This document shows positions 12,119 to 22,685 of a stretch of 38,423 nucleotides of DNA, piece by piece. Location: the NCBI RefSeq assembly GCF_001194135.2, contig NC_068991.1, positions 12,372,241 through 12,410,663 of the forward strand, read 5' to 3'. The notes beneath the pieces were generated by a model, which was not told the origin of the DNA, ran no database searches, and was given only the letters and a program-made list of their open reading frames with translations. The position numbers and the translations under genes were made by a program. This DNA comes from Octopus bimaculoides (Eukaryota). Position 1 is the stretch's first letter; the number at the start of each line of letters is the position of its first letter.

Positions 12119-12776
12119 AGGTTGAAACATGTAAAAGAATAAAAGAATACATATGTATATTTAAAAATATAATGTGTATAAAATATTTTTATACACAAAG
12201 AGAAGACTCTTGACAGGACTAGATGTATGTATATCTGCATACACAATATATATACATACATACATATGTAGACATCTATATACACACACATACAGTCAGG
12301 CATAATGATATATGTTGCTACTTCCTGGTCCTCAAGAGAGTCTTCGAAGTGATTTATTGCTCATGCCGCATGATATATAATTTCACTATCTGTTGACCTA
12401 CCGTAACCTTTAGCTCTGATTGAAGGCCTTAAACGCTCTTCAAACATTTCTCTTTTGTATGAAACATATTTGACTTACGCAATACGATACGGTGAATAAA
12501 AAATTCTTTTAGTTGTACAACGACACCAACATACAGTCATACCTAGCGTTTTATTCTCTTGTTCTTCTGCCATTTTGGAATTACCGTCACATGCTCATCG
12601 TCTTTGTTCTCGTCTTTCACCTCCACCTCTCATCATCATAATCGTCGTCCTCACCCTCATCATTATTATCGTCGATGGTCACGGTTTCCTGCTAATAAGT
12701 ATCAAGTTTTACTCCGTCTATAAAAATATAATTTTGTATGAATTTAATTCCTACCCTCTCTCTCTCTCTCTCTCTC

Positions 12777-12822
<46 letters not shown>

Positions 12823-13268
12823 NNNNNNNNNNNNNNNNNNNNNNNNNNNNNNNNNNNNNNNNNNNNNNNNNNNNNNNNNNNNNNNNNNNNNNNNNNNNNN
12901 NNNNNNNNNNNNNNNNNNNNNNNNNNNNNNNNNNNNNNNNNNNNNNNNNNNNNNNNNNNNNNNNNNNNNNNNNNNNNNNNNNNNNNNNNNNNNNNNNNNN
13001 NNNNNNNNNNNNNNNNNNNNNNNNNNNNNNNNNNNNNNNNNNNNNNNNNNNNNNNNNNNNNNNNNNNNNNNNNNNNNNNNNNNNNNNNNNNNNNNNNNNN
13101 NNNNNNNNNNNNNNNNNNNNNNNNNNNNNNNNNNNNNNNNNNNNNNNNNNNNNNNNNNNNNNNNNNNNNNNNNNNNNNNNNNNNNNNNNNNNNNNNNNNN
13201 NNNNNNNNNNNNNNNNNNNNNNNNNCTCTATCTCTCTTTATTTTAATTATGAATATATATCTTTATTT

Positions 13269-13446
13269 GGCATGTGTCTACGTCCCCGTAATGTAGCGGT
13301 TCAGTAAAAGAGACCGACAGAATAAGTACTATGCTTACAAAGAATAAGTTCTGGGCTCAATTTGTCTGATTAAAGGCGGTGCTCCAGCATGGCCTCAGTC
13401 AAATGACTGAAACAAATAAAAGAGTAATAAAAGAGTAAAAAGAGTA
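13269..13446 (+). mobile_element. SINE family B, 3' half
   Basis: ACGTCCCCGTAA..TAGCGGTTC...AGAGACCGACAGAATAAGTACTATGCTTACAAAGAATAAG...AAAGGCGGTGCTCCAGCATGGCCTCAGTCAAATGACTGAAACAA followed by an (AAAAGAGT)-type repeat tail. Confidence 0.9.
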
Positions 13447-13559
13447 TATGTTTTCACGAAGAAAATAGAAAAATATGAAAAGTAAAAAAGATTTAATTGC
13501 CGAGAAAAAGAAAAAAAAAAGATAGAAATTACTTCAACAGGGAAACTAAGATGCTATCA

Positions 13560-13615
13560 TCTTCCCCATTCCCTGAAAAGTGCTGGCATTGTGCCAAAAG
13601 TTAGAAACCATTATT
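13560..13615 (+). mobile_element. SINE family A tail fragment
   Basis: CCCC...AAAAGTGCTGGCATTGTGCCAAAAGTTAGAAACCATTATT matches the reverse complement of the tail at 17424-17460. Confidence 0.55.
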
Positions 13616-13624
13616 TCGCTGTTG

Positions 13625-13789
13625 AAGACGTCAAGTTAGCAAAATCGTTAGCGCATTGGACAACATGCTTAGCGGCGTTTTCTTCCGATTAAATACGTTC
13701 TCAGTTCTAAGTAAATCAAGGTCCACTTGGCTTTTTATCATTTCAGGGCTGATAAAATAAGTACCACTCAAGTCCTGGTAAAAATCAGT
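13625..13789 (+). mobile_element. Diverged SINE family A copy between 19-bp direct repeats
   Basis: Head AAGACGTCAAGTTAGCAAAATCGTTAGC, core GATAAAATAAGTACCA; identical AACCATTATTTCGCTGTTG at 13606-13624 and 13790-13808. Confidence 0.75.
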
Positions 13790-14451
13790 AACCATTATTT
13801 CGCTGTTGTTCTTGGTTTCATCCTTGTCGACGCCATCGATGTTGTACAAGCCACTAACTTCTAATGTCAACGTCTTTGAATGCTGCGCCCATTCCATCCT
13901 TTCTTTATTTGTTTCTTTCTTTTTTCTTCATTCTTTCTCACCCTCTCATTCTTCGCGTAGCTTTTGTCTGTTACATTTTTATAGTTGGTTTGTCATTGTA
14001 TATTCTTTGAATCTACATATTTCGTTTGAGTTGTCTCCTGTCTGTTGCTTCTGGCAACAAGTCTCAGACTTATGAAGACAACTACAGTTGACATTATATT
14101 TACATGCCCTGGAAAAGCAATGCACACACCGCGTAAACAAAACGCCTACCTTTGTCTTGTATGTGTGTGTGTATGTGTGTGTGTGTGTGTGTGTGTATGC
14201 GTGTGTATGAGTGTGTGTGTGTGTGCATTGTCTGTGTATAATTTATATAGGTATATATATGCACGTATATAAACAAATATATGTCTATATATATAAACAT
14301 ACATATGCGCATATATATACATATATATATATACATATATATATATACATACATATAAGAGGGATACATACATATATATATGTCTATATACACACATGTA
14401 TATATACACACATACATATACGCATGTATGCATACATACATATATATATAT

Positions 14452-14492
14452 ATTGCATTCTTGTCCCATTCTGTATTACTTATATATATATA
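14452..14492 (+). repeat. Terminal fragment of the repeat at 15501-15750, opposite orientation
   Basis: TTGCATTCTTGTCCCATTCTGTATTACTT-(AT)n resembles the reverse complement of (AT)n-CAAAGAATACAAAAGATGGGACAAGAACGCAA. Confidence 0.6.
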
Positions 14493-14529
14493 TATATAGC
14501 GGCGTACGTACACCTCTCTTATATGTAAG

Positions 14530-14563
<34 letters not shown>

Positions 14564-15500
14564 TATATTTACATATATGTAAATATATATATATTTATAT
14601 TTACATATATGTATATCTAAACACACACACACACATACATATATATAGGGATAGATAGATGAATTACTTTTGAAAATTTGTCGATCTCTCTCTGTCGATT
14701 TCGTTCCCATTCTAATCTTTTCCTCTCTTTCTCTCTCTCCCTGCGCTTCTGTTTTTCATTACATACGAGTGTATGTGTGTGCGTGTCTGTTCATATTTGT
14801 GTCAGGGATATATACATAAATATATATGTATGTGTCTATGTATATATAAAAGTAAGCTCCCATATGTATTTACTCACATATATATAAATACAAACAGAAA
14901 GATATACAGATAAAAAGGAGACAGAGAGAGGAATATGCGTTTATATCATCACTCGATTCAATGTTACCGCTTGATTATGACGGTAACCGAAAAGAAAAAT
15001 GATCATAATTTTTAACTTATAAGAATCATCGTTAATAAAAATCTCAACTAGAAACCATATATCAAAATAACCCGCAGGTAGATAATCGTTTTCATTCATG
15101 TCTTATCTCTCACACGAAAAATTATTTTTCTAAACACTTTCTGTTGAACATATTAGTTCTCGTGTAATTCCTTGTGTTATTGTTTTGGGGAGTCACTATT
15201 GTAGTAGAGTCAAAAATTTGCAAAGAAGAGGCCCCAGACAAAAAGAATAATTTTAAATAGAATACATTCACCTCTAGATATCGTTGCGTTACTTAAACTT
15301 GCGGTATAGTTGTACTGGAATTATAAAGTTTTCAGATATGAGCAAATATGTGTGTCTCTGTGTATGTATGTATGTCTGTAACTATATATGTATGTATATA
15401 TGTTTCAATATATGTAGGCTTGTATACATATTTATACGCGAAAGCACACAGACACAGATATATATATATGTATAAATAGACTATATATATATATATATAT

Positions 15501-15750
15501 CAAAGAATACAAAAGATGGGACAAGAACGCAACAGGCGACGACAAAACATCCAGATAGTTGGATGATACAAAAAGGGACATGAAAAAACAATGACGTGTC
15601 ATTCGGAGTTTTCTTTCGTCAGTCGAGTTCCAGATTATCTTTGCAGTTTCGACTGCTCCAATCTGGCCAGCCCCGAGGAAAATCTAAGCTAAGAGCACTA
15701 GATTCCTTGGAAGAAAGCAGCGAATGTATCCGAAAACAAGGACGGAAAAA
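15501..15750 (-). mobile_element. Short (TA)n-anchored repeat with a degenerate hammerhead core (Penelope-like/retrozyme-like relic)
   Basis: Minus strand CTGACGA(15622-15616)-AAG-AAAA-CTCC-GAAT-GACAC-GTC(15595-15593). A 12-nt repeat AAAACAA(T/G)GACG lies at 15585-15596 and 15733-15744. The element ends in (TA)n. Confidence 0.5.
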
Positions 15751-16620
15751 CACATGAGCAAGCCCCTTCCGCCATCTTATGGCGATGGTCACTCAGCACC
15801 GATCTTTCTCTGAGTTTATCATGTCATTTTTTCATAAAGAATCCATAAGATTTTTGCATGACTACTTTTCATGAGATTATTGCATACGTGCATACATGTA
15901 CATATACATGTATGCATGCANNNNNNNNNNNNNNNNNNNNNNNNNNNNNNNNNNNNNNNNNNNNNNNNNNNNNNNNNNNNNNNNNNNNNNNNNNNNNNNN
16001 NNNNNNNNNNNNNNNNNNNNNNNNNNNNNNNNNNNNNNNNNNNNNNNNNNNNNNNNNNNNNNNNNNNNNNNNNNNNNNNNNNNNNNNNNNNNNNNNNNNN
16101 NNNNNNNNNNNNNNNNNNNNNNNNNNNNNNNNNNNNNNNNNNNNNNNNNNNNNNNNNNNNNNNNNNNNNNNNNNNNNNNNNNNNNNNNNNNNNNNNNNNN
16201 NNNNNNNNNNNNNNNNNNNNNNNNNNNNNNNNNNNNNNNNNNNNNNNNNNNNNNNNNNNNNNNNNNNNNNNNNNNNNNNNNNNNNNNNNNNNNNNNNNNN
16301 NNNNNNNNNNNNNNNNNNNNNNNNNNNNNNNNNNNNNNNNNNNNNNNNNNNNNNNNNNNNNNNNNNNNNNNNNNNNNNNNNNNNNNNNNNNNNNNNNNNN
16401 NNNNNNNNNNNNNNNNNNNNNNNNNNNNNNNNNNNNNNNNNNNNNNNNNNNNNNNNNNNNNNNNNNNNNNNNNNNNNNNNNNNNNNNNNNNNNNNNNNNN
16501 NNNNNNNNNNNNNNNNNNNNNNNNNNNNNNNNNNNNNNNNNNNNNNNNNNNNNNNNNNNNNNNNNNNNNNNNNNNNNNNNNNNNNNNNNNNNNNNTCTAT
16601 ATATATATATATCTATATAT

Positions 16621-16690
<70 letters not shown>

Positions 16691-17109
16691 ATATATATAC
16701 ATATATTCATCTTTCTTTCTCTCTCTCTCTCTCTCTCTCAAACACACACACACTATTTCTCTCTCTTGCTCTCTCTATCTCTCTCACTCTCTCCCCTACT
16801 CCCAGTCTCACTTTCTGTCTACCTGACTCTCACACTCTCCCTTTATTTCTCTCTCTTGCTCTCTCTCTCTCTCTCTCTCCGCGTTTCTTTTTAGAAACAT
16901 TCACACACATAAGGCTGCAGCCTCCGTTCACATACACACACATATACGCTTACACATAACACACGCATCCACATAACACACGCATCCACATAACACACGC
17001 TCACACGCACACGCACACGCACGCACACACACACACACACATACACACGCACAAACAAAGACACAAACACAACCAAGCACACACGCATTGTTAAACACAT
17101 ATATATATA

Positions 17110-17400
17110 TCCACACATAAGGCACAGACGATGCGCTTATAACAACCAATTTGCTATAGCAGTATGTAAACCATTTTGGGAGTTATCTCCCTTACATCAG
17201 AAAACTTGCAAAAGTTGACAGCATGGTGTTCTTATCGAATCACTGTAGAACAACGCCCCGTCTCGCATCATTTGTCAGAAATAGCAACTTATATCCCTAT
17301 TTTCACAACTTCTTGCATCAGTTCTGAAGAAATAGTTCTATCGTCATTTACGGCGAACTTGTGAGCTAATAAAAATATTTTCAGGCATGTTTTGAATGCA
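17110..17400 (-). mobile_element. Putative Penelope-like 3' relic with a degenerate hammerhead core
   Basis: Minus strand CTGATG-T-AA-GGGAG-ATAA-CTCCC-AAAA-TGG (17200-17171) with a perfect 5-bp stem II; (TA)n lies ~55 nt downstream. The boundaries are approximate. Confidence 0.4.
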
Positions 17401-17423
17401 ATATATAATATAATATATATAAA

Positions 17424-17587
17424 AATAATAGTTATTTCAAATTTTGGCACAAGGCCAGTAATTTCGGAGGAGGGGGTAAGTCGACTACATCTACCCGAGT
17501 TTTCGACTGATACTTATTTTATCGACCTCTACAGGATCAAAAGCAAAGTCGATCTCTGCGGAATTTGAACTCAAACCGCGAAGACGG
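17424..17587 (-). mobile_element. SINE family A, tail type 1, head lost in gap
   Basis: Reverse complement GAGTTCAAATTCCGCAGAGATCGACTTTGCTTTTGATCC...GGTCGATAAAATAAGTATCAG...GCCTTGTGCCAAAATTTGAAATAACTATTATT. Confidence 0.88.
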
Positions 17588-18241
17588 NNNNNNNNNNNNN
17601 NNNNNNNNNNNNNNNNNNNNNNNNNNNNNNNNNNNNNNNNNNNNNNNNNNNNNNNNNNNNNNNNNNNNNNNNNNNNNNNNNNNNNNNNNNNNNNNNNNNN
17701 NNNNNNNNNNNNNNNNNNNNNNNNNNNNNNNNNNNNNNNNNNNNNNNNNNNNNNNNNNNNNNNNNNNNNNNNNNNNNNNNNNNNNNNNNNNNNNNNNNNN
17801 NNNNNNNNNNNNNNNNNNNNNNNNNNNNNNNNNNNNNNNNNNNNNNNNNNNNNNNNNNNNNNNNNNNNNNNNNNNNNNNNNNNNNNNNNNNNNNNNNNNN
17901 NNNNNNNNNNNNNNNNNNNNNNNNNNNNNNNNNNNNNNNNNNNNNNNNNNNNNNNNNNNNNNNNNNNNNNNNNNNNNNNNNNNNNNNNNNNNNNNNNNNN
18001 NNNNNNNNNNNNNNNNNNNNNNNNNNNNNNNNNNNNNNNNNNNNNNNNNNNNNNNNNNNNNNNNNNNNNNNNNNNNNNNNNNNNNNNNNNNNNNNNNNNN
18101 NNNNNNNNNNNNNNNNNNNNNNNNNNNNNNNNNNNNNNNNNNNNNNNNNNNNNNNNNNNNNNNNNNNNNNNNNNNNNNNNNNNNNNNNNNNNNNNNNNNN
18201 NNNNNNNNNNNNNNNNNNNNNNNNNNNNNNNNNNNNNNNNN

Positions 18242-18955
18242 AGGTACCATCCACTCTTCCCATTTTCGCAACTTTTATCCACCTTTTAATAAACTCGCTC
18301 GAGGACAGCACTTCCCTCTCAACTCCCAATTTCCTTTTCAAGTGAAACTTGAAGAAGTCAATGCGAGCTCTACCAAAGAGGAATGTATCTGTCCTCATGG
18401 ATTTCACCCCCGTCCACCAAACCGCTTTCGCCACAGCCACCAGGCGAAGGAAAACAGCTTGAAGGAGAGCGGCAGTGCGATCATCCCTACAGGCTTAGTC
18501 GACAGACAGATCCGTCCCACACGTGACAGCAGCTGTTCGACATAACTTCACAAGTCAGCAATGCCCGGACACTGAACGAGGGCGTGCAGAACGGTTTCGT
18601 CGCTCTGCATGCACCTCGGACAAGCCCGTCTGACAGCACATCCGTACCTGTAGAGTTTGTCTAGAACCGGTAGCACTGCCAGGTGAAGAACATCTGGAAG
18701 CTATCCCTGACAGTTTCCGTCCGAAAAGTCCTCCGGAACAGACGATCCCGTTCGTTCTCGTCGGCGCCCAGAGTCACCCCGAGAACGTCGTCAGACTTCA
18801 CCGCCATTAATCCTGTATAAATTTTCTAAAGCGAAACATCCACCGATCCCATTGCCCGTCTGGTAGAGGGCTGTTAGCGCCTGACGACATTCTAGGTGCC
18901 AGGGGCCTAGTCTCTGTCTTTTCTTCATCCAGGACTGCAGCTCCATCAAGGAAGA
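18242..18955 (-). mobile_element. L1/Tx1-clade non-LTR retrotransposon ORF2 C-terminal remnant (zf-RVT-type CCHC), frameshifted
   Basis: Manual translation: ...LECRQALTAL.../...DDVLGVTLG..LFRRTF..WQCYR/LPVLDKLYRYG..ACPRCMQSDETVLHALVQCPGIADL*... then AVAKAVWWT..RTDTFLFGRARIDFFKFHLKRKLGVEREVLSSSEFIKRW. C-x2-C-x8-H-x4-C is encoded at 18622-18569. Confidence 0.85.
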
Positions 18956-18968
18956 CTAATATATTACA

Positions 18969-19092
18969 GGCGCAGGCGTAACGGTGTCGTAAATTTGCTT
19001 CCCAACATGGTTCCGTGTCAGTCCCACTTTATGGCACCTACTATATAGTCCTCTACTATAATTTGGACTCACCAAAGCCTTGTGAGTGGATT
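18969..19092 (+). mobile_element. SINE family B, degenerate 5' part
   Basis: GGCGCAGGCGT...TTGCTTCCCAACATGGTTCCG.GTCAGTCCCACT..ATGGCACC...CTACTATA...ACCAAAGCCTTGTGAGTGGATT. Confidence 0.8.
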
Positions 19093-19099
19093 AATTAGA

Positions 19100-19180
19100 G
19101 TGCTGGGGATCGATGTAATCGACTAGTCCCCTCCCCACACCCATAATTTCAGGCCTTGTGCCTAAACTATAAACTATTGT
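19100..19180 (+). mobile_element. SINE family A, 3' part fused to the preceding B head
   Basis: CTGGGGATCGATGTAATCGACT..CCCCTCCCC...AATTTCAGGCCTTGTGCCTAAACTATAAACTATT. Confidence 0.85.
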
Positions 19181-19246
19181 TGTTATTATTATTATTATTA
19201 TTATTATCATTATTATTATTATTATTATCATCACCATCACCATCAC

Positions 19247-19277
<31 letters not shown>
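19181..19277. repeat. (ATT)n grading into (ATC)n
   Basis: Contiguous with the SINE A tail. Confidence 0.95.
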
Positions 19278-19280
19278 GTG

Positions 19281-19473
19281 ATGGCGAGCTGACAGAAACG
19301 TTAGCACGCTGGACGAAATGATAAGTGGTATTTATTTTGCCTGTCACTGCGTTATGAGTTCAAATTCCGCCGAGGTCGACTTTGCCTTCCATCCTTTCGG
19401 GGTCGATAAATTAAGTACCAGTTGGGGAAGTCGATGTCATTGACTGTCCCCCTGCACCTGCCTCCACAAAATT
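19281..19473 (+). mobile_element. SINE family A
   Basis: TGGCGAGCTGACAGAAACGTTAGCACG, B box GAGTTCAAATTCC, core GAGGTCGACTTTGCCTTCCATCCTTTCGGGGTCGATAAATTAAGTACCAG. Confidence 0.9.
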
Positions 19474-19486
19474 ATTAATAATTTCT

Positions 19487-19552
19487 AGTAGTAGTAGTAG
19501 TAGTAGTAGTGGCGCTGGCAGTAGTAGTAGTAGTAGTAGTAGTTGTTGTTGT

Positions 19553-19584
<32 letters not shown>

Positions 19585-19588
19585 ATTG
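19487..19588. repeat. (AGT)n/(GTT)n compound microsatellite
   Basis: Direct inspection. Confidence 0.95.
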
Positions 19589-19771
19589 ATGTGTTCCTAT
19601 TCACATGTGACATATTCATTAGACGTATTTATGCTCCTAATTCCCTGTGGTCCTTTCAGTAACTGTAAACCGGTCTCGATAGGACACGTAAAGTCGGCAT
19701 TGTTCAGTCTTTCATTTTAGGTGAAAAGTTTAACACCTTTCGCTCGTTCATCTTCCAGTTTCATCTCCCAG

Positions 19772-19816
<45 letters not shown>

Positions 19817-20094
19817 TACACACACATACTACGCACACAATACACGCACATACAGATGCACACTCAGGCTCATATACAAGCAAGCATTCCTATGACGTAT
19901 ATATACTCACGCTAAACACACTTAATTAACGTGCACACACTGACATATATTTGTACCTACACACAAACGCACGCATACACACACATGCACGCAAAGACAC
20001 AAACACACACGCTCTCTCTCGCTCTCTATCTCTCTCTCTCGCTCTCTATCTCTCTCTCTCCCTCTCCCTCTTATATGTTCATATATATATACAT

Positions 20095-20133
<39 letters not shown>

Positions 20134-20151
20134 GACATACATACACACACA

Positions 20152-20183
<32 letters not shown>

Positions 20184-20489
20184 NNNNNNNNNNNNNNNNN
20201 NNNNNNNNNNNNNNNNNNNNNNNNNNNNNNNNNNNNNNNNNNNNNNNNNNNNNNNNNNNNNNNNNNNNNNNNNNNNNNNNNNNNNNNNNNNNNNNNNNNN
20301 NNNNNNNNNNNNNNNNNNNNNNNNNNNNNNNNNNNNNNNNNNNNNNNNNNNNNNNNNNNNNNNNNNNNNNNNNNNNNNNNNNNNNNNNNNNNNNNNNNNN
20401 NNNNNNNNNNNNNNNNNNNNNNNNNNNNNNNNNNNNNNNNNNNNNNNNNNNNNNNNNNNNGAAGCCACTTACCACGCGCCGATACATTA

Positions 20490-21130
20490 GTGCAGGTATA
20501 ACTGTGTAATTAAGTATTCAACTTTGCAAACGCGTTTTTACGGATGAATCGCCCTGCAAAGTCCTTTCAGCCAGAATCTTCTTCATCAGACCAGGGTTAT
20601 CCAGTAATATTATGCGAATAAAAGGTGGTGAGCTGGCAAAAACATTAACAAGTCGGGCGAAATGCTTAGCGGTATTTCGTCTGCCGTTACGTTCTGAGCA
20701 AAATTTCAAATTTTGCTTTTCATCCTTTCGGGGTCGATAATTTAAGTACCAGTTGCGCACTGGGGTCGATCTAATCGACTGGGCCCCTTCCCCAAAAATT
20801 TCGGGTCTTGTACCTAGACTAGAAAAGAAGATTATGCGAATGGAATTTGCCAAAAGGGAATTCAACAGAATCCTTCGACATTGACAAAGGTAAGGCCACT
20901 AAGTTGACTCTTCACGTATGGGTCCAACTGCACACCATATACAATCAAGAGGTGAATCGTAGAGAAAACCATGCCTTATGCAAATGGATCTAAGAAATGT
21001 AACTTATGTATAGCTGAAAGATTGTAATTTATTTTTAGATCCAAGAATTTTTAGATCAACACTGCTTAATTCCTGATCCGAAAGTTTCTGCAAATGCAAG
21101 CACATGGAGACATTTCTTTTGGCGATCTGA
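20490..21130 (+). mobile_element. Penelope-like element (Neptune-type) GIY-YIG endonuclease C-terminal remnant, interrupted by a SINE
   Basis: Frameshifted manual translation TESFDIDKGKATKLTLHVW (HVW at 20913-20921) / IVEKTMPYANGSKKCNLCIAE (CNLC at 20998-21009) / IVILFLDPRIFRSTLLNS*SESFCKCKHMETFLLA. This resembles the PLE endonuclease tail pattern SF..T.LS.HVW..W.I..Y..C.LC..EK..I..LLN.R.E..C.H..FLL. The portion left of the SINE is only weakly alignable. Confidence 0.72.
20621..20830 (+). mobile_element. SINE family A, tail type 1, with 11-bp TSD and an internal deletion across the B box
   Basis: Head AAAGGTGGTGAGCTGGCAAAAAC; GTTCTGAG is not followed by TTCAAATTCCGCCGAGGTCGAC; TSD ATTATGCGAAT at 20609-20619 and 20831-20841. 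Confidence 0.92.
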
Positions 21131-22413
21131 AGGACACCAATCTCACCAGATTGAGTAGCAGTCTCGCAGACTTTGGACACTTCTCTGTGCAAATATTTTT
21201 TTAAACGAGTAGACTTCTACATTCAAAGGAGATGTAACTCTAATTTCTTTTTTCTTTTCTATTCTATTTCCATCTTTATTCACCCTTCGAATTATTGCAT
21301 CTACATTTTTCTCGTACTTTGCCGTGGTTTCTCATGTACCAGAGTCCTGATTTTCAAATAGAACGGACCTTTTGAATAGAATTTGAAGATTGCTTGGGGA
21401 CAAAAGGTACGTTATAAAAGCTTGCCTAACCACGTATCTTCATAACAAGAAACTATTGACTACTCCTATCTTAATACAGTGTACATTAAAGGATATATAT
21501 TTCACGGGATGGGGTAGTTTTTTTGTTGATCTTACCTGAGCGGAACAGGAAACTAACAGGAAACTACACATACATATATATATAACATACAAACATATAT
21601 ATATATATAAACACATACACATAAAAACACATATACATAAATAGCAATAATCATACATACAAACATACATACGTTTGTATATATGTTCATGCATGCGTAT
21701 GTACGTACATATATACATGCGTATGTATACATACATACAGGTATATATGTATATATATGTAGACATGCGTATGTATGTGCATATATATGTATATCTATAA
21801 GTATATATACATATACATATTCACGAACATACATATATATACATTCATATATATATATATATACACGCATACATATACATATGTAATTATATATACACGC
21901 ACATGTATATATATATGTATATATACATACATGTGAGTGTGTATCTATATATTTTTATATACATAGATACGCCTGTACGCATATAGGTTTGTGCGCACGC
22001 ATCCTTGTCTGCTTCAACGAAACATGCATATTCACCGTTATTCGAGAGACAAACGAATTTTACACTTAACTTAATAATATTGTTTTACCCTCAAAACATA
22101 AACGTTCCATTGACATACACGGCTATACAGAGCACGAGGTATTAGGTATGCATACGTGCGTCTGTATGTGCATGCTTCCGTGCGTGCATATTTGTGTGAT
22201 GTCGGATGAGATTTAAGGCAGAGGTGCCAATATTGTCTATCAAACAAAAGTACGAAACTATACGCCGATATCAATCATCGCCTGAAAACACCGACAGAAT
22301 TGACAATACATTTTCGTAAGTATCTACATGAGACAAAGCCAGATACGAGCCACACACGGACAACTATAATCACACACATACAGATATAAACATAGGCGTA
22401 ATAGGCATATAGT

Positions 22414-22449
<36 letters not shown>

Positions 22450-22579
22450 AGTGTGAGCATGTATATTTATATATATGTATGTGTTTATGCGTTTGCACAT
22501 GCGTCTATGTGTGTGTATAGTTGTGTGTATATATTTGGATATAGATGCGTATGTCTATATAGATATTGAAAATAGATAC

Positions 22580-22592
22580 ATATTTATGTAGA

Positions 22593-22685
<93 letters not shown>

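Noticed and set aside
13631-13897. 88-aa minus-strand ORF with protein-like composition
   Set aside because: Most of it is antisense to the SINE A copy at 13625-13789.
20541-20600. Minus-strand CTGATGA...GAAA with possible CCCTG/CAGGG stem I
   Set aside because: Stem II has only 2 bp, stem III cannot close, the triplet would be UUU, and it lies antisense within the putative PLE endonuclease remnant; likely chance.
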